From Candidatus Latescibacterota bacterium (GTDB taxonomy: Bacteria; Latescibacterota; UBA2968; UBA8231), in NCBI GenBank assembly GCA_965204725.1, contig OZ242005.1, forward strand, positions 2,016,001-2,080,000: DNA of 64,000 nucleotides, read 5' to 3'. Within the stretch, counting starts at the first letter, position 1. Each line of letters starts with the position of its first letter. Made by a program: the position numbers and the translations under genes. Below, in pieces: positions 38,037-47,538 of the stretch. The notes beneath the pieces are model-generated. The model saw only the letters and a list, made by a program, of their open reading frames with translations, had not been told where the DNA came from and made no database searches.

Positions 38037-39071
38037 TTAGCAGATCAAATCCGCCGCTCGGGAGGCCGCGCAGTTGACCAAACTCACCAAGGGCCGGTAG
38101 GGCATCCGCGTCGGGCCGATTACGCCCAGTACGCCGACCACGCCTTTGGCCCCGGTGACCTCGTAGCTGGCCGTCACCATGCCGCACCGCCCCATCGCTC
38201 GCGGCCGGTGCTCGGAACCAATGGTAACGACCACGCCGCGCCGCTCGCTCATCAGCCGAGCGAGGATGTCCTTTTTCTCGACCAAATCAATCAAACTGGC
38301 CACTTCGCTCGGATCTTCAAACTCGGGCTTTAGGCAAAGATTGCGGGTCCCCGATACGTGAAGATCGGCCCCGCGCGTGGTCGCCAAGTCTTTGATTTGC
38401 CGCACGACCACTTCCACCACCGGCTGCGGGATCGGCTCCAACTCGGCCATCCGCGCCTCAACCGCGCCTTGGATTTCAGCCAGCGTCAACCCGTGCAAGC
38501 ACTCGTTAAAAAGCCGGCTCAGCCCCTCTAAGTCTCGCTGCGACACCACACAATCCACTTCGACCAGCAAGCTCTTTGTCAGGCCGCCGCGAATCGTGAT
38601 GATGAGCAATAGGCGATGCGCCTCCAAGCGCCAAAGCTCCAGCTTGTGAAAGATGCCCTGTTTGAAGCGCGGCGCCAAAACCAACCCGAGTTGGTTCGAC
38701 AGATCGCCGATGGTCCTCGCCAGTTGGTGGAGGATATCTTCGTAATCGCCCGCCCGTTGTGCGACCTCTAGCTGCTGCTGCAGGGTGATTTCAGCCTCGT
38801 CCAAGCCAGCGTCGGCCGCCTCCATGCAGCGCTGCACGTAGAACCGATAGCCCTTTTCAGAGGGAATGCGGCCGGCCGAGACATGGGGCTGGGACACGTA
38901 GCCCTTTTCCTCTAAGGAGGCCAAGGTATTTCTTATGGTAGCCGAACTAACGCCCAAGTTCTCGCACTGGTTCAACGTCTGCGAGCCAACCGGGATTCCG
39001 AGGGCGACGTGGACTTTGACCAAGGCAAGGAGAACTTGGATTTCGCGTTTGGACAGCGGGCTAGTGACCAT
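38037..39071 (-). CDS. hrcA: Heat-inducible transcription repressor HrcA
   Basis: PVGS, SSATIRN, QPHVSAGRIPS..GYR.Y, IGPTRM.Y. Confidence 0.95.
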   Translation of the reverse strand: MVTSPLSKREIQVLLALVKVHVALGIPVGSQTLNQCENLGVSSATIRNTLASLEEKGYVSQPHVSAGRIPSEKGYRFYVQRCMEAADAGLDEAEITLQQQLEVAQRAGDYEDILHQLARTIGDLSNQLGLVLAPRFKQGIFHKLELWRLEAHRLLLIITIRGGLTKSLLVEVDCVVSQRDLEGLSRLFNECLHGLTLAEIQGAVEARMAELEPIPQPVVEVVVRQIKDLATTRGADLHVSGTRNLCLKPEFEDPSEVASLIDLVEKKDILARLMSERRGVVVTIGSEHRPRAMGRCGMVTASYEVTGAKGVVGVLGVIGPTRMPYRPLVSLVNCAASRAADLIC

Positions 39072-39125
39072 GGCCGGAAAGCATCTTCAGCGGCATAAAT
39101 GCCAGATGAGTACTGAGGTTTTGAA

Positions 39126-39153
39126 ATAATAAAAGCCGCCGATTGCTTGTCAA
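39126..39153 (-). promoter_or_regulatory. Sigma70-type promoter for the hrcA operon
   Basis: TTGACA-16 bp-TATTAT on the minus strand. Confidence 0.6.
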
Positions 39154-39173
39154 GGCTCGCATCCGTAGCTTGC

Positions 39174-39202
39174 TTGACAGCCAATTTACAGGGTCGTACT
39201 AT
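39174..39202 (+). promoter_or_regulatory. Sigma70-type promoter for glnA
   Basis: TTGACA-17 bp-TACTAT. Confidence 0.65.
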
Positions 39203-39260
39203 ATAATTTTCATTCTAACCACCTTAAAGCAGCATCATTCGACGCGAGAAAGGATGTGTC

Positions 39261-40724
39261 ATGGCCAAAGCCAAACCAAAAGCCAAAGCCAAACTGAAGT
39301 CCTCCGGGGCCAGCGCGGTGGACAAAGCCCTAGCCTTAGCACGTGACCAGCAGGCGCAGATGGTCGATTTCAAGTTCGTCGATCTGCCCGGCATCTGGCA
39401 GCACTTTACCATACCGGTTTCCATGCTGGAAGCCGATGTATTCGAGGATGGCCTCGGCTTCGACGGCTCCTCCATTCGCGGCTGGCAGGCCATCAACGAA
39501 TCCGACATGCTCGTCCTGCCCGATCCGGACACCGCGCTGATGGATCCGTTCACCGAGGTGCCGACCCTGTCGCTGATCTGCTCCATTCAAGACCCCATCA
39601 CCCGCCAAGATTATGCACGCGACCCGCGCGGCGTCGCCCAGCGAGCGCAAAACTACCTGCGGCGCACCCAGATCGCCGACATGGCCGTTTTCGGGCCGGA
39701 AGCGGAGTTTTTCGTCTTCGACGACATCCGGTTCGACCAGCAACCCCATCAGGCGTTCTATGCGATAGACTCGCTGGAAGGCCGTTGGAACAGCGGCACC
39801 GACGAAGGCCCCAACCTCGGCTACAAGCCCGCCTACAAGGGCGGCTATTTCCCCGTGCCGCCCACCGATTCCCACCACGACCTCCGCGTGCAGATGGTGC
39901 AGACGATGATCGACTGCGGCATCGAAATAGAGCTGCACCACCACGAGGTGGGCACGGGCGGCCAAGGCGAAATCGACATCCGCTTTTGTCCGCTGTTGGT
40001 GTGCGGCGATCGGATGATGCTGTACAAGTACATCGTCAAGAATGTGGCGCGTCTGCACGGCAAGACGGCCACGTTCATGCCCAAGCCGCTGTTTGAGGAC
40101 AATGGCACGGGGATGCACACCCACCAGAGCCTGTGGAAGGGCGACCAGCCGCTGTTTGCTGGCAGTGGCTATGCTGGGCTGAGCGATATGGCACTGCACT
40201 ACATCGGCGGGCTGCTCGAACACGCGCCGGCGCTGTTGGCGTTTACCAACCCAACGACCAACTCGTACAAGCGGCTGGTGCCGGGCTACGAAGCCCCGGT
40301 GAACTTGGCGTACTCCCAGCGCAATCGCAGTGCGTCGGTGCGCATTCCCATGTATTCGCCCAGTCCCAAGAGCAAGCGGGTGGAGTTTCGCTGTCCCGAC
40401 CCGTCGTGCAACATCTACTTGGCCCTAGCGGCGATGCTGATGGCGGGGTTAGACGGCATTGAGCGGCAGATCGACCCGGGAGACCCGCTGGACAAGAACC
40501 TGTACGATCTGTCGCCCGAGGAGAAGGAAGGGGTGCCGCAGACAGCCGGGTCGCTGGAAGAGTCGTTGGATTCCTTGGACGAGGACCGGGACTTTCTCTT
40601 GCAGGGCGATGTGTTCTCCGACAATCTGATCGACGCTTGGATCGACTACAAGCGCACCGAGGAGGTCGATGCCATCCGCTTGCGCCCTCATCCCTATGAG
40701 TTCTCACTCTACTACGACGTCTAA
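39261..40724 (+). CDS. glnA: Glutamine synthetase type I
   Basis: [36 protein letters not shown]; adenylylation-site KNLYDL. Confidence 0.98.
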   Translation: MAKAKPKAKAKLKSSGASAVDKALALARDQQAQMVDFKFVDLPGIWQHFTIPVSMLEADVFEDGLGFDGSSIRGWQAINESDMLVLPDPDTALMDPFTEVPTLSLICSIQDPITRQDYARDPRGVAQRAQNYLRRTQIADMAVFGPEAEFFVFDDIRFDQQPHQAFYAIDSLEGRWNSGTDEGPNLGYKPAYKGGYFPVPPTDSHHDLRVQMVQTMIDCGIEIELHHHEVGTGGQGEIDIRFCPLLVCGDRMMLYKYIVKNVARLHGKTATFMPKPLFEDNGTGMHTHQSLWKGDQPLFAGSGYAGLSDMALHYIGGLLEHAPALLAFTNPTTNSYKRLVPGYEAPVNLAYSQRNRSASVRIPMYSPSPKSKRVEFRCPDPSCNIYLALAAMLMAGLDGIERQIDPGDPLDKNLYDLSPEEKEGVPQTAGSLEESLDSLDEDRDFLLQGDVFSDNLIDAWIDYKRTEEVDAIRLRPHPYEFSLYYDV

Positions 40725-40749
40725 TTCCACATCCCCTACGGGTGCTCAC

Positions 40750-40788
40750 AGCAAGGGAAGGTTTCCGCTCGGGAAATCTTCCCTTGCT
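40750..40788 (+). terminator. Long hairpin after glnA, probable terminator
   Basis: agcaagggaaggtttcc / ggaaatcttcccttgct 17-bp stem. Confidence 0.65.
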
Positions 40789-40805
40789 CTATTATACCCC
40801 CCCTC

Positions 40806-41711
40806 GTGAAACTCGTCATCGGCAGCCGCGGCAGCCCGCTCGCCCTCGTCCAAGCCCGCGAGGTCCGCAACCGCTTGCGCGCACTACACGCTGGGTTGGA
40901 CCTTAAAATTTCGACCATTCGCACCACGGGCGACGCCACGACCGGTTCGCTGCGTAGCTTGGGCGGCACCGGCGTTTTTACCAAAGCCCTCGAATGCGCC
41001 CTGCTGGCCGGGCACATCGACCTAGCGGTCCACAGCCTGAAAGACCTGCCGACCCAGATGCACCCCGACCTCGCCCTCGTCGCCACGCCCGAGCGCGAAG
41101 ATGTGCGCGACGCCCTCGTCGGCCCCGGCATATCCTCGCTAGCCGACTTGCCGGATGGGGCGCGGGTGGGCACGGGCAGTCTGCGCCGCCGCGCCCAGCT
41201 CAAGGCCCTGCGGCCCGATCTAACCATGCTAGATATTCGCGGCAACCTAGACACGCGCATCGACAAGGCCCGGCGCGGCGAGTGCGATGCGGTCGTCTTG
41301 GCCGTTGCCGGACTCAACCGCCTCGGCTGGCAGGAGCGCGTCGACTGCTACCTGTCCCTCCAGCAGGTCCTACCCGCGCCCGGCCAAGGTGCTTTAGGGC
41401 TACAAATGCGCGCCGACCACCCGGCGCGTACCGCCGTTGCAGCCCTCAACCACGCCCCAACCCTAGCGGCCGTGCGAGCCGAACGCTATATGCTACACGC
41501 GCTGCGCGCCGGGTGTCACGCGCCCGTCGGTGCTTGGGGCCGCATCGAAGGCGATCTCCTCGCCCTCGATGGCTTGGTCGGCCATCCCGAAGGCACTCGG
41601 TTGTTGCACGCCCAACAGCGCGCCCCCCGCGACGGGGCCGAATCCCTCGGCGCGTCCCTCGCAGACGCCCTGCGCGCCCAAGGCGCCGACGACCTCTTGC
41701 GGGGGGCCTGA
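40806..41711 (+). CDS. hemC: Hydroxymethylbilane synthase
   Basis: IGSRGSPLAL.Q, AVHSLKD, RGNLDTR, PAPGQGAL. Confidence 0.96.
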   Translation: MKLVIGSRGSPLALVQAREVRNRLRALHAGLDLKISTIRTTGDATTGSLRSLGGTGVFTKALECALLAGHIDLAVHSLKDLPTQMHPDLALVATPEREDVRDALVGPGISSLADLPDGARVGTGSLRRRAQLKALRPDLTMLDIRGNLDTRIDKARRGECDAVVLAVAGLNRLGWQERVDCYLSLQQVLPAPGQGALGLQMRADHPARTAVAALNHAPTLAAVRAERYMLHALRAGCHAPVGAWGRIEGDLLALDGLVGHPEGTRLLHAQQRAPRDGAESLGASLADALRAQGADDLLRGA

Positions 41712-43273
41712 TGTCCGCCGAATACGCCACCCCGGGCACGGTGTACATCGTCGGGGCCGGCCCCGGCGACCCCGGCCTGCTCACCCTCAAGGGGCTGCGC
41801 TACCTGCGCGAGGCCGACGTCGTCCTCTACGACGACCTCCTCGACAGCCGCTTGCTCGACCTAGTGCCCAGCACGTGCGAGCCAATCGCGGTCGGCAAAC
41901 GAGGCGGCCGCAAAAGCCCCTCCCAAGACGCGATTCACGCGCTCCTCATCAACCGCGCCCGTCAAGGCCATGTCGTCGTCCGTCTCAAAGGCGGCGATCC
42001 CTTCATCTTCGGGCGCGGCGGCGAAGAGGCGCTGCACCTGCGCCGCGCCGGCATTCCCTTTGAAATCGTCTCCGGCGTCTCCGCGGCGTCTGGCGTCTTG
42101 GCCTACGCCGGCATTCCCCTGACCCATCGCGGCATGGCCTCGGCCGCGCTGCTGGTCACCGGCAACGAGGACCCAGCCAAGCCCGTCGGTGCCATCAACT
42201 GGAATCAGCTAGCGGCCTTTAGCGGCACCCTCGTCATCTTCATGGCCGTCCGCCAGCTCGCCCGTATATGCGAGCAGCTCGTCGCTCGGGGCCGGCCGGC
42301 CTCAACGCCAGCGGCGGCCATCGAATGGGGCACTTGGCCCGACCAGCGCACGGTCGTCGCCGATCTCCAACATCTGCCGGCCCGCGCCGTGGCCCAGCAA
42401 CTTCGCTCGCCGGCCCTCATTGCGGTCGGGCCTGTCGTCGCGCTGCGCCAAGAACTCAACTGGTTTGAGAGCAAGCCGCTCTTTGGCCGCCGCCTGCTAG
42501 TCACTCGCAGCCGCGAACAGGCCGGCTCCCTTCAGCAACGCCTCGAAGCCGAAGGGGCGGCCGTATCGACGCTCCCCCTCCTGCACATCGGCCCACCCGA
42601 CGACTGGACGGCGGTGGATGCGGCCCAAGATCGGCTGGCGAACACGGCTTGGGTCGTTTTCACCAGCCCCAACAGCGTGTCCTTTTTCTGCGACCGGCTC
42701 TACCATCGCGGCCTCGACGCCCGGGCTTTTGCCCACACGCGCGTCGCGGCCGTCGGCTTGGCTACGGCCGCGGCCCTGCGCCAACAGGGCTTAGTCCCCG
42801 ACCTCGTGCCGCCGAGTCAATCGCAGGCCGCGCTCGCGAGTGCCTTTGCCGCCTTCGAGGTGGCCGGGCAAGCGATCCTCTTGCCGGCCTCTTCCATTGG
42901 CCGCCCCGAGCTCGCCGACGCGCTCGCAGCACGCGGTGCCCAAGTTCACCACCTAACGACGTACGTAAATCGCCTACCCGACCAAGTCGAGCTCCCGGCC
43001 GTGCTAGCCGAGAACAAACTCCACCTCATCGTCTTTGCCAGCCCCTCTAGCGTCCACAATTTTCATCGGGTCCTAGGGGCAAAACGCGCGGAGGCCGCTT
43101 TGACCCGCACCCACATCGCCTGCATGGGCCCGACCACGGCCGCGGCCGTACGCCAGCTCGGGTTTGCCGTTCACGTCCAGCCCAGCGAAAGCAGTATCCC
43201 CGCTCTCGTCCAAGCCATCAGCGCCTTCTACGCTTCTACGCCCCGTGAAGACCTACCCCGCCCGCTGACCTAG
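41711..43273 (+). CDS. cobA: Uroporphyrinogen-III C-methyltransferase / uroporphyrinogen-III synthase fusion (CobA/HemD)
   Basis: VGAGPGDPGLLT, RLKGGDPFIFGRGGEE, then WFE.KPLFG, VFTSPN, FASPSSV. Confidence 0.93.
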   Translation: MSAEYATPGTVYIVGAGPGDPGLLTLKGLRYLREADVVLYDDLLDSRLLDLVPSTCEPIAVGKRGGRKSPSQDAIHALLINRARQGHVVVRLKGGDPFIFGRGGEEALHLRRAGIPFEIVSGVSAASGVLAYAGIPLTHRGMASAALLVTGNEDPAKPVGAINWNQLAAFSGTLVIFMAVRQLARICEQLVARGRPASTPAAAIEWGTWPDQRTVVADLQHLPARAVAQQLRSPALIAVGPVVALRQELNWFESKPLFGRRLLVTRSREQAGSLQQRLEAEGAAVSTLPLLHIGPPDDWTAVDAAQDRLANTAWVVFTSPNSVSFFCDRLYHRGLDARAFAHTRVAAVGLATAAALRQQGLVPDLVPPSQSQAALASAFAAFEVAGQAILLPASSIGRPELADALAARGAQVHHLTTYVNRLPDQVELPAVLAENKLHLIVFASPSSVHNFHRVLGAKRAEAALTRTHIACMGPTTAAAVRQLGFAVHVQPSESSIPALVQAISAFYASTPREDLPRPLT

Positions 43274-43332
43274 GCCTAGCCCACTTTTCCGGTGGACGAA
43301 ATCGCGCACCTGTTTGCCTAAAGCCGGTTATC

Positions 43333-43362
43333 TTGACATCGACGCCGAGCGCTAGCTACTTT
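43333..43362 (+). promoter_or_regulatory. Sigma70-type promoter
   Basis: TTGACA-18 bp-TACTTT upstream of the Fe-ADH gene. Confidence 0.5.
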
Positions 43363-43387
43363 CCCTCCTGTACTCAGAGGACGGTCC

Positions 43388-44539
43388 ATGCCCTTCCAAA
43401 CCCACTTTGACTTTCGCCATCCCACCCGCATCGTCCACGGCCCCGGGTCTATCGCCTGCTTGGCGGATTGCTTCTCATCGGCCGACAAGGTCCTCATCGT
43501 CTCCGATCAGGTCTTGGGGGAAATCGGCACGGTGGAAGCGGTCGTCGCGGCCCTCGGCGACATTCCCCATGCCGTCTATCTCAAAGACGGTTTGAGCGAG
43601 CCGACCCAAGAGGCGGTCGCAGCCGGGGCCGAGATCTACCGCCAAAAACGCTGCACCGCCCTCATTGGCCTCGGCGGCGGCTCCCCCATGGACGTAGCCA
43701 AGATGATCGGCGTACTCGCGTCCAACGACGGCTGCATCACCCACTATTTAGGCCGCGGAAAAGTCGCAAACGACCTGCCCTATCTCGCTTGCGTCCCCAC
43801 GACCTACGGCACCGCCAGCGAAGTCACGCCCTTTGCCGTGCTGGACAATCCCGCCAGCGGCAACAAAGACCCGGTCATTAGCTGGAAAATCGCGCCCCAA
43901 ATCGGCGTCCTCGACCCCGACCTATCGGTCGCCCTGCCCGCCTCCATCGGCGCGGCTACGGGCATGGACGCCCTGACCCACGCGCTCGAATCCTATATCA
44001 ATTTGGCGGCCACGCCCCTCACCGAAGGGCTCGCGCTGCACGCCATCCGCCTCATTGGCGACAACCTGCGCCTCGCCTGTGCCAACGAGTACTCGCTAGC
44101 CGCCACCGAAAACATGCTCATCGCCAGCATGCTGGCGGGCGTCGCCTTTTCGCAAACGCGCCTCGGCAATGTCCACGCCATGTCCCATCCGGTCGGCGCC
44201 CACTACCACGTGCATCACGGGCTGCTCAACGCCATCTTGCTGCCCTATGTCATGGAGTTCAATTGGTTCGCCTGCCCCGGCAAATTCGCCGCCATCGCCG
44301 AGGCCCTCGGCGAACCCATCGCCGGGTTGAGCCAACGCCAAGCCGCGCAGGCGGCCATCGCCGCGGTGCGCCACCTCAACGCCGACTTAGGCATCCCGCC
44401 CAAGCTAGGCGAGGTCGGCGTTGACACGGCCCGCATTGGCGCTATGGCGCAGGCGGCCATGCAGAGCGGCAACATCGCCGTCAACCCGCGCAAGACCAGC
44501 CAGCGCGACCTCGAATTCTTATTTCAACAAGCCATTTAG
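43388..44539 (+). CDS. Iron-containing alcohol dehydrogenase
   Basis: GGGSPMD, PTT.GTASE, DALTHALE, HAMSH, HG. Confidence 0.93.
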   Translation: MPFQTHFDFRHPTRIVHGPGSIACLADCFSSADKVLIVSDQVLGEIGTVEAVVAALGDIPHAVYLKDGLSEPTQEAVAAGAEIYRQKRCTALIGLGGGSPMDVAKMIGVLASNDGCITHYLGRGKVANDLPYLACVPTTYGTASEVTPFAVLDNPASGNKDPVISWKIAPQIGVLDPDLSVALPASIGAATGMDALTHALESYINLAATPLTEGLALHAIRLIGDNLRLACANEYSLAATENMLIASMLAGVAFSQTRLGNVHAMSHPVGAHYHVHHGLLNAILLPYVMEFNWFACPGKFAAIAEALGEPIAGLSQRQAAQAAIAAVRHLNADLGIPPKLGEVGVDTARIGAMAQAAMQSGNIAVNPRKTSQRDLEFLFQQAI

Positions 44540-44556
44540 CATTTAGGAGGTACACC

Positions 44557-45816
44557 ATGTCTCTGCCCCGTCTGTTCCGCGTCCGCCAGCTTTTTTCCGC
44601 ACCCACGGTCGAGGACATCCCCGCAGCCGTGCGCACCGAGGTCCAGCGCCTCGACTTAGGTTCCAAAGTCAACCCCGGCGAGACCATCGCCATCTCGGTC
44701 GGCAGCCGCGGCATTGCCAACATCGCGCTGGTGATCAAAAGCCTCGTGACCGAGTTCAAGGCCCTCGGGCTTCAGCCCTTCCTCGTCCCGGCCATGGGCA
44801 GCCACGGCGGCGGCATAGCCGAGGCGCAACAGGCCATTATCGAAGGCTACGGCGTCACCGAGGAGTACACCGGCGCGCCCATTAAGGCGTCGATGGAAAC
44901 CGTACAGGTGGGGGCTACTGAGGACGGCGTTCCCGTCTTTTTCGACCAACACGCCTTTGCGGCGGATCACGTAGCCGTCGTCGGCCGCGTCAAGCCGCAC
45001 ACCGACTTTGTCGGCGAAATCGAAAGCGGCCTGCACAAGATGATGCTCATCGGCTTGGGCAAGCACAAAGGCGCGGCCCTGTACCATCAAGCCATTGTCC
45101 ACTACAGTTTCGACCGCATCGTCCGCTCAGTAGGCCAAACCGTCATCGACCGCTGCGGAGTGCTCATGGGGCTGGCCCTCGTCGAAAACCAGTACGACCA
45201 AACCGCGCTCATCAAGGGCGTGGGGGCCGACGAGTTCGTGGAGCGCGAAAAGGAATTGCTCGTCCTCGCCAAGCAATGGATGCCGCGCCTGCCCTTCGAC
45301 GAAGTCGATCTGCTCATCGTCGATGCAATCGGCAAAAACATCTCCGGGGCCGGCATGGATACCAACGTCGTCGGCCGCAAGTTCCACGACAACCACGCGG
45401 CCGACAAGGAGTACCCCAAAGTAACCCGCATCCTAGTCCGCAGCCTGACCGCGGAGACCCACGGCAACGCCTCGGGCATCGGCACGGCCGAATACGCGCA
45501 CCAGCGCGCCATCGAGCAGATGGACCGCGAGATTACTTACGTCAACTGCATGACCGGCAATCACCCCTCGGGCGCCCACATTCCGCTCTACTTCGACACC
45601 GATCGCATCTGCATTGAAAAGGCCCTAGAGACCGTCGGCCTAGTCGAGCCTGAAAACGCCAAGGTCCTGCGCATCCACAACACCCTCGCGCTGGGCGAGC
45701 TGCTCGTCTCAGAAGCCTATCGCTCCGAGCTCGAGCAGCGCGAGGACTTGGAAATCCTCGCCGAGGCCGAAGAAATGCCCTTCGACGAAAACGGCGACTT
45801 GCCACTTACCTTCTAG
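44557..45816 (+). CDS. LarA-like (DUF2088/DUF362-related) protein
   Basis: GSRGIAN, PAMGSHGG, RVKPHTDF, GLGK, GKNISGAGMDTNV. Confidence 0.75.
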   Translation: MSLPRLFRVRQLFSAPTVEDIPAAVRTEVQRLDLGSKVNPGETIAISVGSRGIANIALVIKSLVTEFKALGLQPFLVPAMGSHGGGIAEAQQAIIEGYGVTEEYTGAPIKASMETVQVGATEDGVPVFFDQHAFAADHVAVVGRVKPHTDFVGEIESGLHKMMLIGLGKHKGAALYHQAIVHYSFDRIVRSVGQTVIDRCGVLMGLALVENQYDQTALIKGVGADEFVEREKELLVLAKQWMPRLPFDEVDLLIVDAIGKNISGAGMDTNVVGRKFHDNHAADKEYPKVTRILVRSLTAETHGNASGIGTAEYAHQRAIEQMDREITYVNCMTGNHPSGAHIPLYFDTDRICIEKALETVGLVEPENAKVLRIHNTLALGELLVSEAYRSELEQREDLEILAEAEEMPFDENGDLPLTF

Positions 45817-45949
45817 TACATGGCCCAGAAATCCCGAGGCGTGGAGCAGTACTTATGGACCAACTATGAGCCGGAAGTACAAAAAGAGAGGCTTTTCCTC
45901 GCCTTGAGACAAGCGGCTGAAAGCGACGAGTGAACGGCTAGGACCTATC

Positions 45950-47530
45950 ATGCGCTTCTTTTGTACTGCCGGTCCCGTCCGCAGTGAAGATCACTACTGT
46001 TTGTCGCCGCTGACGCGCTTGGTGCTCAGCGAGGTGTTGGCGCTTATAGACCAACAGAAGTACTTCGTGCTACACGCGCCACGGCAGACGGGAAAGACGA
46101 CCTGCCTGCTCGCCCTGACGGAATACCTCAATCGCACCGGAAAGTACCACGCGCTCTATTGCAATGTGGAACTGGCGCAAGCGGCGCGTGAGGATGTTCA
46201 ACGGGGGACGCGGGCGATTTTTGGCGAAATGGCTTCTCGGGCGCGCGATTTTCTCAACGATCCATTCTTGTTTGATCACCAGCAATCCTTGTTTGAACAG
46301 TTTGGCCCCGACGGCGTCCTCAACGCCGCAATCACCGGGTGGTCGAAAGCAAGCGCAAAGCCGGTTATCCTGTTGATTGATGAAATAGACGCGCTCGTTG
46401 GCGACGTGCTGATTTCGGTGCTGCGACAGTTGCGAGCCGGATACGACAAGCGTCCGCAACACTTTCCCCAAAGCATCGTTCTCTGCGGCGTACGCGATGT
46501 CCGAGATTATCGCATGCACTCCACGCAAGAAAAGGCCATCATCACCGGCGGCAGCGCATTCAACATCAAAGCCGAATCCCTGCGCCTAGAAAACTTCCAG
46601 CACCGGGAAATTGCAACGCTAGTACGCCAACATACAGATGAGACCGGCCAAGCCTTTGCGGACGACGCCTTGGAACAGATTTGGGACCTCACCCGCGGCC
46701 AGCCGTGGTTGGTCAACGCGCTCTGTTACGAAGTCTGCTTCAAGGCCACAGAAGGCCGCGACCGCGCTCGGCCCATTACCGCTGCAATGATGGAGACAGC
46801 TAAGGAGCAAATCGTGCGACGCCGCGAGACCCACATCGATCAATTGGTCGATAAACTTGCTGAGCACCGAGTGCAAAACGCGATCGAGCCGATCTTGGCG
46901 GGCATTGAAGGCACGGCCCTGATTCCGACCGATGATATTCTCTACGTGCGCGACCTAGGACTCATTCGGACGGACGAAGGTCAACTGAAAATCGCCAATC
47001 GCATCTACCAAGAAGTGATTCCACGCGAACTGACCTTTAGCACCGAGTTGACCTTTGCCCATCAACCCACGTGGTATATCCAAGCCGACGGTCGGCTCGA
47101 CCTAGACGCTCTCATTGCCGCCTTCCAACAATTCTTCCGCGAACACTCGGCGAGTTGGCTGGAACGCTTCAGCTACAAGGAGGCAGGGCCTCACCTGTTG
47201 ATGCAGGCATTCTTGCAGCGGATCGTCAACAGCGGCGGCCGAGTTGAGCGAGAGTACGGGCTGGGACGCAAACGAACGGATTTGCTGGTCGTCTGGCCCT
47301 ACAAAGGCAGGGTACAAAAGGCGGTAATCGAACTGAAAATTCTGTATGGTTCCCGGCAAAAAACGGTCGCTGAAGGGCTGGAGCAAACCCGCGACTACAT
47401 GGATCTATGCGCGACCGACGAAGGGCATTTGCTCATTTTTGACCGCGATGCAAACAAGGCGTGGTCGGAGAAAGTATTCCGGCATACCGAACCGTGTCGC
47501 GGTGCAACCATAACCATCTGGGGAATGTGA
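45950..47530 (+). CDS. AAA-like ATPase with probable C-terminal PD-(D/E)XK nuclease domain
   Basis: APRQTGKTT, IDEID, GSAFNI, GQPWLVNAL, REY..GR.RTD...IELK; lower GC than its neighbours. Confidence 0.82.
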   Translation: MRFFCTAGPVRSEDHYCLSPLTRLVLSEVLALIDQQKYFVLHAPRQTGKTTCLLALTEYLNRTGKYHALYCNVELAQAAREDVQRGTRAIFGEMASRARDFLNDPFLFDHQQSLFEQFGPDGVLNAAITGWSKASAKPVILLIDEIDALVGDVLISVLRQLRAGYDKRPQHFPQSIVLCGVRDVRDYRMHSTQEKAIITGGSAFNIKAESLRLENFQHREIATLVRQHTDETGQAFADDALEQIWDLTRGQPWLVNALCYEVCFKATEGRDRARPITAAMMETAKEQIVRRRETHIDQLVDKLAEHRVQNAIEPILAGIEGTALIPTDDILYVRDLGLIRTDEGQLKIANRIYQEVIPRELTFSTELTFAHQPTWYIQADGRLDLDALIAAFQQFFREHSASWLERFSYKEAGPHLLMQAFLQRIVNSGGRVEREYGLGRKRTDLLVVWPYKGRVQKAVIELKILYGSRQKTVAEGLEQTRDYMDLCATDEGHLLIFDRDANKAWSEKVFRHTEPCRGATITIWGM

Positions 47531-47538
47531 AACTTGCT

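Noticed and set aside
39091-39117. Canonical CIRCE operator
   Set aside because: Only one arm resembles the consensus, so it is not listed as a feature.
40994-41710. 240-aa N-terminal extension of CobA/HemD, and similar extensions on the GT-C paralogs, rpsB and LivK
   Set aside because: They overlap upstream genes or leaders; true starts are marked by stop/start overlaps or an RBS.
45820-45933. 37-aa ORF MAQKSRGVEQ...
   Set aside because: No clear RBS or recognisable motif; may be a fragment, so it is not called as a gene.
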